Position numbers and translations under genes: made by a program. This document shows positions 58,785 to 64,000 of a stretch of DNA of 64,000 nt, one piece after another. The notes under the pieces are model-generated. The model made no database searches. It saw only the letters and a program-made list of their open reading frames with translations, and had not been told where the DNA came from. Each line of letters opens with the position of its first letter. Within the stretch, counting starts at the first letter, position 1. The DNA comes from Candidatus Latescibacterota bacterium (GTDB lineage Bacteria > Latescibacterota > UBA2968 > GCA-2709665), in assembly GCA_965237675.1 (NCBI GenBank), contig OZ250150.1, positions 2,880,001 to 2,944,000 of the forward strand, in the 5' to 3' direction.

Positions 58785-59962
58785 GAATCGCCCTCGCGGC
58801 GGGCATCGGCAATACACCGCTTGATCCACGACAGATTGGCTTCAGGCATAATGCCGTAGTTGTAGAACGAAAAGCGGCGGATGCCCAGCCTCAGCGCGCG
58901 TTCGACGTTTGTCAGGAGGGTCTCGAAATCCGGTGAGGCCGGTGGATAGGCCTGAAGGCCCAGCACGAGTTGTTGCGGGTTCTTCAGGTCGGGTACGATG
59001 TCGGAGATGGTCGCGTGGACGCTGGCGGCGTCGGGTGTGTAGGCGAGGGTTTCCACATAGTCCGCGACGCCCGCAATGCGTGAACGGCGGATAGCCGCGT
59101 TGTACCGATCCCCCATAAAGATGAACGAGACAGGGATCCCGGCGGCGGTTTTGACTTCCTCCAGCAGGCTTGCGACGACCTCGTCGCGCATTTGGACGAA
59201 TGCCGCGAGTTCCGGCACGCCGTCGATGAGTTCCTCGGGGGATTCCCCGTGAGGGATGCCGGATACCAGGGTCTGACGCAGCATGGATTCCACGGCCTTC
59301 GAAAGGGCGCCTGGATTCAGGCCGTTCTCTTTTGCCCGCGATTTGCATGCATTACAGAAGCAGATGGAAAGAAGCAAACGCCCGCCCGGCCCCAGGTCGA
59401 CACCGTGTTTGACGTGATAGTGGGTATGTCCGAATCCACCATAGGAGAGGGATTCGCATTCCAGAAGGGCAACTCCGTAGTTTTTCGCCAGGTCTTTGGC
59501 CAGCGCAGCGGCATAGGCGCGAACCCCGGCGTTGGCCGGGCACAGCCGGGAGGTGCTCACGTCGCCGGTACAGCTGACTTCCGCGCATTCCGGATGGCGG
59601 ACGGCTTGATACGAGTTGTGAAGAAATACCGTCCACGCGATGAGTTCCAGGCCGGCGCCGGCCGCGGCCCCGGCCGCGCCCGCGTACCAGTTTTCGTCGG
59701 CCATCAGCGGGCTGACGTGGGGTTGTATGGGTGTGTCGGCATACAGGCTGCCGTCGGGCTGAAAATAGACGGCAGCCTGTGGAATCTGGAGGAGCACCTT
59801 GTCCGGCGAATTGGGACGCAGCATTTCAAAGGTGTGGTACGCCGAGGCCAGGCTGATTCCGTCCAGGCCGATTTCGTCCTTGAGTGTTGCCGCGATGGAT
59901 TCGGGCTCGCCGTCGGCCAGGTCCCACGGGTATGACCACAGGGTGGTGTGCAGGCTGGACAA
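58781..59962 (-). CDS. Hypothetical TIM-barrel glycoside hydrolase-like protein
   Basis: WSYPWDL, ASAYH, WTVFLHN, LCPAN, ECESL, CFCNAC, FYNYG; GGAGA RBS before TTG. Confidence 0.65.
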   Translation of the reverse strand: MSSLHTTLWSYPWDLADGEPESIAATLKDEIGLDGISLASAYHTFEMLRPNSPDKVLLQIPQAAVYFQPDGSLYADTPIQPHVSPLMADENWYAGAAGAAAGAGLELIAWTVFLHNSYQAVRHPECAEVSCTGDVSTSRLCPANAGVRAYAAALAKDLAKNYGVALLECESLSYGGFGHTHYHVKHGVDLGPGGRLLLSICFCNACKSRAKENGLNPGALSKAVESMLRQTLVSGIPHGESPEELIDGVPELAAFVQMRDEVVASLLEEVKTAAGIPVSFIFMGDRYNAAIRRSRIAGVADYVETLAYTPDAASVHATISDIVPDLKNPQQLVLGLQAYPPASPDFETLLTNVERALRLGIRRFSFYNYGIMPEANLSWIKRCIADARREGDS

Positions 59963-60215
59963 TCTATTCTCTCCGAATTCAGATGGCAGGCACCCCGGGG
60001 CATCCAATTCTCGACGCCCGGCTGATATGGTGATCGAAAGGCTCAAATTGCGAGGTTGATGGTACCACCTGTTTACGGCAATTGCAAGGGGTTTCGGCAG
60101 GAGCGCTCCTTCGTAGGTGGAGCTAAAAGCGAATGATGGGTCGCGCACCGGTACCTCGACGTCTTTCTCCTAAATCTCTAATTATTATTTTTCTTCGCCC
60201 TTTTTCTTGTACGCC

Positions 60216-61976
60216 AGAGTGTGTCAAAAGTAATTATAGATTGTATATATCCTTGATCGTGCTTACCGTTATGAAGTCCTCGTGGGTCTCCCATCTAAAA
60301 GGCGGCATAAAATGGATTTCATTCGCGGTGAATCAAGAGATCAAGCCACGTTGTTTCCCGAGCGTTTAGACGATTATATCTGTGCAGAGAACCCGGTGCG
60401 TTTTATCGATGTCTTTGTTGATGACCAGGAGATGAGCGCATTGGGTTTTCAACGCATGGAGCCTGCCTGGACAGGGCGTAGGCCTTATGATCCGCGTGAT
60501 TTGCTCAAGCTCTACATCTATGGGTATCTCAATCAGATTCGGTCTTCTCGCAAATTGGAGCGTGAGACGCATCGCAATGTGGAAGTGATGTGGCTTCTCA
60601 GGAGGCTGCGTCCGGATCACAAAACGATTGCCAATTTTCGTAAAGACAACCCCAAAGCCTTTAAGGAGGTCTTTCTCGCCTTCACTGCCCTTTGTCGGCA
60701 GCTGTCGCTGTTTGGGGGTGAGTTGATCGCCGTTGACGGCAGTAAATTCAAAGCCGTCAATAGTCCCCAACGCAATTTTACCAAGGACAAGTTAAAAAGA
60801 AGGCTTCAAGAACTCGAAGAAAAGATCGAGCGATATCTTCAAGAATTAGATGCCCAAGATGCTCAAGATGCAGAAGCGTCATCAGCATCATCGGAAGCGG
60901 ATCCTTCTATACAAGAGAAAATGCAACGTCTGAAAGAACGAAAAGTGACGTATACGCACTTGTTGGACGACCTTGAGGCGCGCGGTGAAACCCAGGTCTC
61001 TCTGACGGATCCGGACAGTCGGGCGATGCCTAAGAGTCCGCAAGCCAAAGTGGGATACAATGTCAGGCAGCCACAGACGATAAGCATCATCTCATTGTTG
61101 AACAAGATGTGACCAATCAGGCCAATGACAAGGCACAGTTGAGCAAAATCAGTATAGGTGCAAAAGCGGTCCTGGACGTGGACGCCTGCCGCGTTGTTGC
61201 AGATGGTGGCTATTACAATGGCGAAACGATCAAGGCATGCGTTGAGGAACGTATTGAGCCGTATGTGCCCAAACCCGACACATCCAACAGCAAAAGCAGA
61301 GGCTTATATAGTAAAGACGACTTCATCTATGATCCCCAACAGGATCGTTATTTATGTCCTGCCGGGCAAGTGCTCACCTATGCTTATGACGCAGCGTATC
61401 CGAAAAAAACATCTGACCAACCCGTCATCAGAAAACATTACACGACATCGGCGTGTAAAACCTGTCCGGTGAGGTCTTTATGCACGACAAACAAAAATGG
61501 ACGCATTCTCACGCGGTGGGTCGATGAACACATCCTCGATGAGATGGCGCAACGTCTGGTAGAAAATCCGGAGGTGCTTGACAAACGACGAGAAATGGTG
61601 GAGCATCCCTTCGGCACACTCAAGTTCTGGTATGGGTATGCCCACTTTCTTGTCAAAGGCCTGGACAAGGTCAAAGCCGAGTTCTCATTGATGAGTCTTG
61701 CTTACAATATCAAGCGCACCATCAACCTCGTCGGTGTGCCCAAAATGGTTGACGCAGTCGGCTGAACAGCTCACCCGACAAGGTCTTGCCTGTCAGCCAA
61801 TGGGTTAGCCGCCCAAGTGAGGCACTTCTCTGGCCGGTTCTCAACGACTTGCAAAGGACCTCTCGACCATAGCACCGATAACTGGGTATTCGCAACGGCC
61901 TTGCCCCGATCATTGACACATCTTAGAGACAATCTGACCCATCTGCGATCCTATTGAGAGTTTTTGCACGGTCTCT
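60216..61976 (+). mobile_element. IS1182-family element with 4-bp TSD CGCC
   Basis: Ends AGAGTGTGTCAAAAG and TTTTTGCACGGTCTCT; CGCC at 60212-60215 and 61977-61980. An alternative inner right end is possible at 61936. Confidence 0.78.
60312..61765 (+). pseudogene. IS1182 transposase with 1-nt deletion
   Basis: GRRPYDP..LLKLYIYGY..SSRKLE, PDHKTI, VDGSKFKA, TDPDSRAM, ADGGY, VEHPFGTLK. The frame breaks at GYNV|Q near 61064. Confidence 0.88.
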
Positions 61977-62207
61977 CGCCAAAGAAAAAGGGCCAAAAAG
62001 AACGGCGCCGCTCAGACGCCGCGGGGCTGCTTTTCCGCGAATCGACTATCGGGTGTAAACGTACTTTGTTGCCCTGCGTACGCCCAACGCATACAAGATG
62101 CCGCAGTGGTGGACGGAATAACGCGGAAAAACCCTCCACACTACCACCGTGCGTGTGAAAGGTCGATGCGAGGGGACGCAAACGCATTTTAGCACCGCGT
62201 TTGAGTC

Positions 62208-62237
62208 TGTAGGGGCGACCGGCCGGTCGCCCCTACA
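62208..62237. repeat. GTAG-type REP, perfect 30-bp palindrome
   Basis: TGTAGGGGCGACCGGCCGGTCGCCCCTACA. Confidence 0.8.
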
Positions 62238-62334
62238 AAAACGACGCATCCACGAATTGACATCGCCAGGCCTTATCGCTGTCCGGTGGACGCGGGGCGG
62301 CCCTCTCCCGTCTCCCGTCTACCTTCTCCCCGCT

Positions 62335-63477
62335 TTATATGTATCCCGTGGAGCCGTCGGGGCGGACGGGCGCCGTACGCTGCCAGTGCGGGACGTCCCT
62401 GTCTTTAAGCGCGTCTTCGTTCACTTCGATGCCGAGGCCGGGACGGTCTCTGAGTTCCAGGTATCCGTCGACCGGCAGGTAGGGATCCGGGACGTAATCC
62501 ATCCAACGAGAGCCAACGGGAATCACGTATTCCAGAATTTTGAAATTGTGCGTTGCGGCGGCGAAGTGCACGTTGACCGCCGTTGCGATCGGTCCCATCG
62601 GATTGTGCGGCGCGATGGTGACGTAGTGAGCCTCGGCAATTGCGGCGATTTTCCGCATTTCGAGGAGGCCCCCGCATACGCAGACGTCGGGCTGGATGAT
62701 GTCGGCTGCCCTTGCGGCGATGAGATTCAGGAATTCAAAGCGTGCGTACAGGGATTCCCCTGTTGCCAGCGGCACCAGCATCTGGCTGCGCAACTGTACC
62801 CAGGCGGGGATGTGTTCCGGTCTGAGGGGCTCTTCGTAGAACAGGGGATCATAGGGGGCGAGGGCATTGGCGAGTTGCAGGGCTCTGACGGGTTCGAAGA
62901 TCTTGGCGTGCGGATCGAACGCGAATTCCCAGTCAGCGGGGGTACACTCTCGGAGTTCTTCGAAATATTTGGCGGCGGCGGCGCAAACCCGTCCCCATCG
63001 GTTGGCGTCCGGATTCAACAGGAAGGGACTGGTCTTGAACGCGGTGAACCCCCATTCGGCATTCAACCGTTGGGCCCCTTCCGCCGCGGCCAATCCGGTC
63101 GGGCCGCCACAGCTCTGGTAGACCCAGACGCGGTCTCGCAGGTTGCCGCCCAGAAGCATGTATACGGGTACGTTGGCTGCTTTGCCGCTGATGTCCCACA
63201 GCGCGTGTTCGATGCCGGAGATGGCGGCCAGCCCGGTGCCGCCCGCGGGAAAACGAAACTGCTGGTGGGTCTTCATCATCAGGTATTCGATACGGCGGGG
63301 ATCTTCGCCGACAAACCACGTGGCGACGTAATTGACAATGGGCTCGATGGAGAGGTCCGGCCCGATGGAATAGGCTTCGCCCCATCCGTAAAGGCCCTCG
63401 TCGGTTTCCACCTTGATGAGCGCCCTGGGACGGTTGCTGTAAGTGACGAGAAAGGTCTTAATTGCAGTGATCTTCAT
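62335..63477 (-). CDS. Galactonate dehydratase-like enolase-superfamily enzyme
   Basis: GWGEA, SGIEHALWDISGK, DPHA, YEEP, TGES, QPD..GGLLEMRKIA, APHNP, PGLGIE, DGS. Confidence 0.88.
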   Translation of the reverse strand: MKITAIKTFLVTYSNRPRALIKVETDEGLYGWGEAYSIGPDLSIEPIVNYVATWFVGEDPRRIEYLMMKTHQQFRFPAGGTGLAAISGIEHALWDISGKAANVPVYMLLGGNLRDRVWVYQSCGGPTGLAAAEGAQRLNAEWGFTAFKTSPFLLNPDANRWGRVCAAAAKYFEELRECTPADWEFAFDPHAKIFEPVRALQLANALAPYDPLFYEEPLRPEHIPAWVQLRSQMLVPLATGESLYARFEFLNLIAARAADIIQPDVCVCGGLLEMRKIAAIAEAHYVTIAPHNPMGPIATAVNVHFAAATHNFKILEYVIPVGSRWMDYVPDPYLPVDGYLELRDRPGLGIEVNEDALKDRDVPHWQRTAPVRPDGSTGYI

Positions 63478-63504
63478 GGTAACTGGTCTCCTTATGGTCG
63501 GGCT

Positions 63505-63735
63505 TCAGGAAGTTGCGTCAGATTCCGGGTTGTATTGGAAGAGATCGCCGGGCGTGCAATCCAGCGCCTGGCAGAGAGATTCGATGGTGGCCAGATCGAT
63601 CCGTTTGGCCCTGTTATTGAAGATGGCGGAGACCGTGTTGGCCTGAAGTCCCGTCAGCCTGGCGATTTCCGAAATCCGGTACGGCCGGTGCGAGCCCTTT
63701 TCGGCCATGAGAATATGGAGTTGGAATTTCAACAT
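63505..63735 (-). CDS. Cro/C1-type HTH transcriptional regulator
   Basis: ISEIARLTGLQANTVSAIFNN..RIDLATIESLCQALDCTPGDLFQY. Confidence 0.88.
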   Translation of the reverse strand: MLKFQLHILMAEKGSHRPYRISEIARLTGLQANTVSAIFNNRAKRIDLATIESLCQALDCTPGDLFQYNPESDATS

Positions 63736-63911
63736 ACGGTTAGTCGTTTAAAAAACGCGTCGTCCAGCGGACGCCACGAATGCCGCCGTCCGAATATTGA
63801 TTAAGAATGATGTAATAAATAATAAAATATATATTATTATACGTAATTAATTACTTGTTATATCACGACATCTATCCCGCTGACATCTTGCCTTTAGGGT
63901 CTTGCCGCACC

Positions 63912-64000
63912 TCAGTCGATGAGTGTGAGAGAGATGCCGGCCTTTGCGCCGTATTTGTTTTCCGTGTCGTCGGCTACGCCCCGGTCCAGGGTGGCTTCCG
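63912..64000 (-). CDS. Possible 3' end of a gene entering from the right edge
   Basis: Open frame ..EATLDRGVADDTENKYGAKAGISLTLID* with coding-like codons. Confidence 0.35.
   Translation of the reverse strand, partial: EATLDRGVADDTENKYGAKAGISLTLID

Larger units (their letters stand above)
60188..62149 (-). repeat. Structured intergenic repeat, copy 2, split by an IS
   Basis: 61977-62149 and 60188-60215 together match the reverse complement of 42678-42875. Confidence 0.7.

Noticed and set aside
61055-61112. Programmed frameshift or two-gene organisation in the IS1182 transposase
   Set aside because: There is no slippery heptamer, and one missing base in GYNVQ explains the break.
62149-63804. 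Long plus-strand ORF (551 aa) and similar antisense ORFs (e.g. 8597-9808, 14630-15646, 21535-22641, 34470-35570)
   Set aside because: These are shadow frames opposite well-supported genes, expected in high-GC coding DNA, and show no protein motifs.

Overview
This is a GC-rich bacterial chromosomal window. Its catabolic gene content (Gfo/Idh/MocA oxidoreductases, enolase-superfamily enzymes, DUF3604, TIM-barrel isomerases) suggests an uncultured heterotroph such as Latescibacterota, but that is a weak inference. About 50 housekeeping and catabolic genes are present: an RND efflux pair, Mrp, ggt, rarA, polX, nth, a dksA-like gene, dusB, larB, an SSS symporter, DmpA and a GT2-radical SAM-GT2 cluster. 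Between polX and an SDR/nth/dksA block lies a ~16 kb all-plus-strand accessory/defence island. It carries hicBA, a type IIG-like restriction-modification fusion, orphan and AT-rich membrane ORFs, a SWIM zinc-finger gene with a duplicated 3' end, a GH127-like gene and an IS-interrupted PD-(D/E)XK nuclease. The island is bracketed and subdivided by three direct copies of a degenerate module: a 17-bp palindrome followed exactly 62 bp later by a REP hairpin. Also visible are three IS elements (two frameshifted), two MITEs and a second structured repeat, one copy of which has an IS1182-like element in its hairpin loop. Candidate regulatory or small features are a structured RNA upstream of ggt, an attenuator-like leader before a sigma70-region-4 protein, and a stand-alone 42-aa cationic peptide gene. 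No CRISPR array, tRNA, rRNA or integrase was recognised. All calls are by eye, without database searches.
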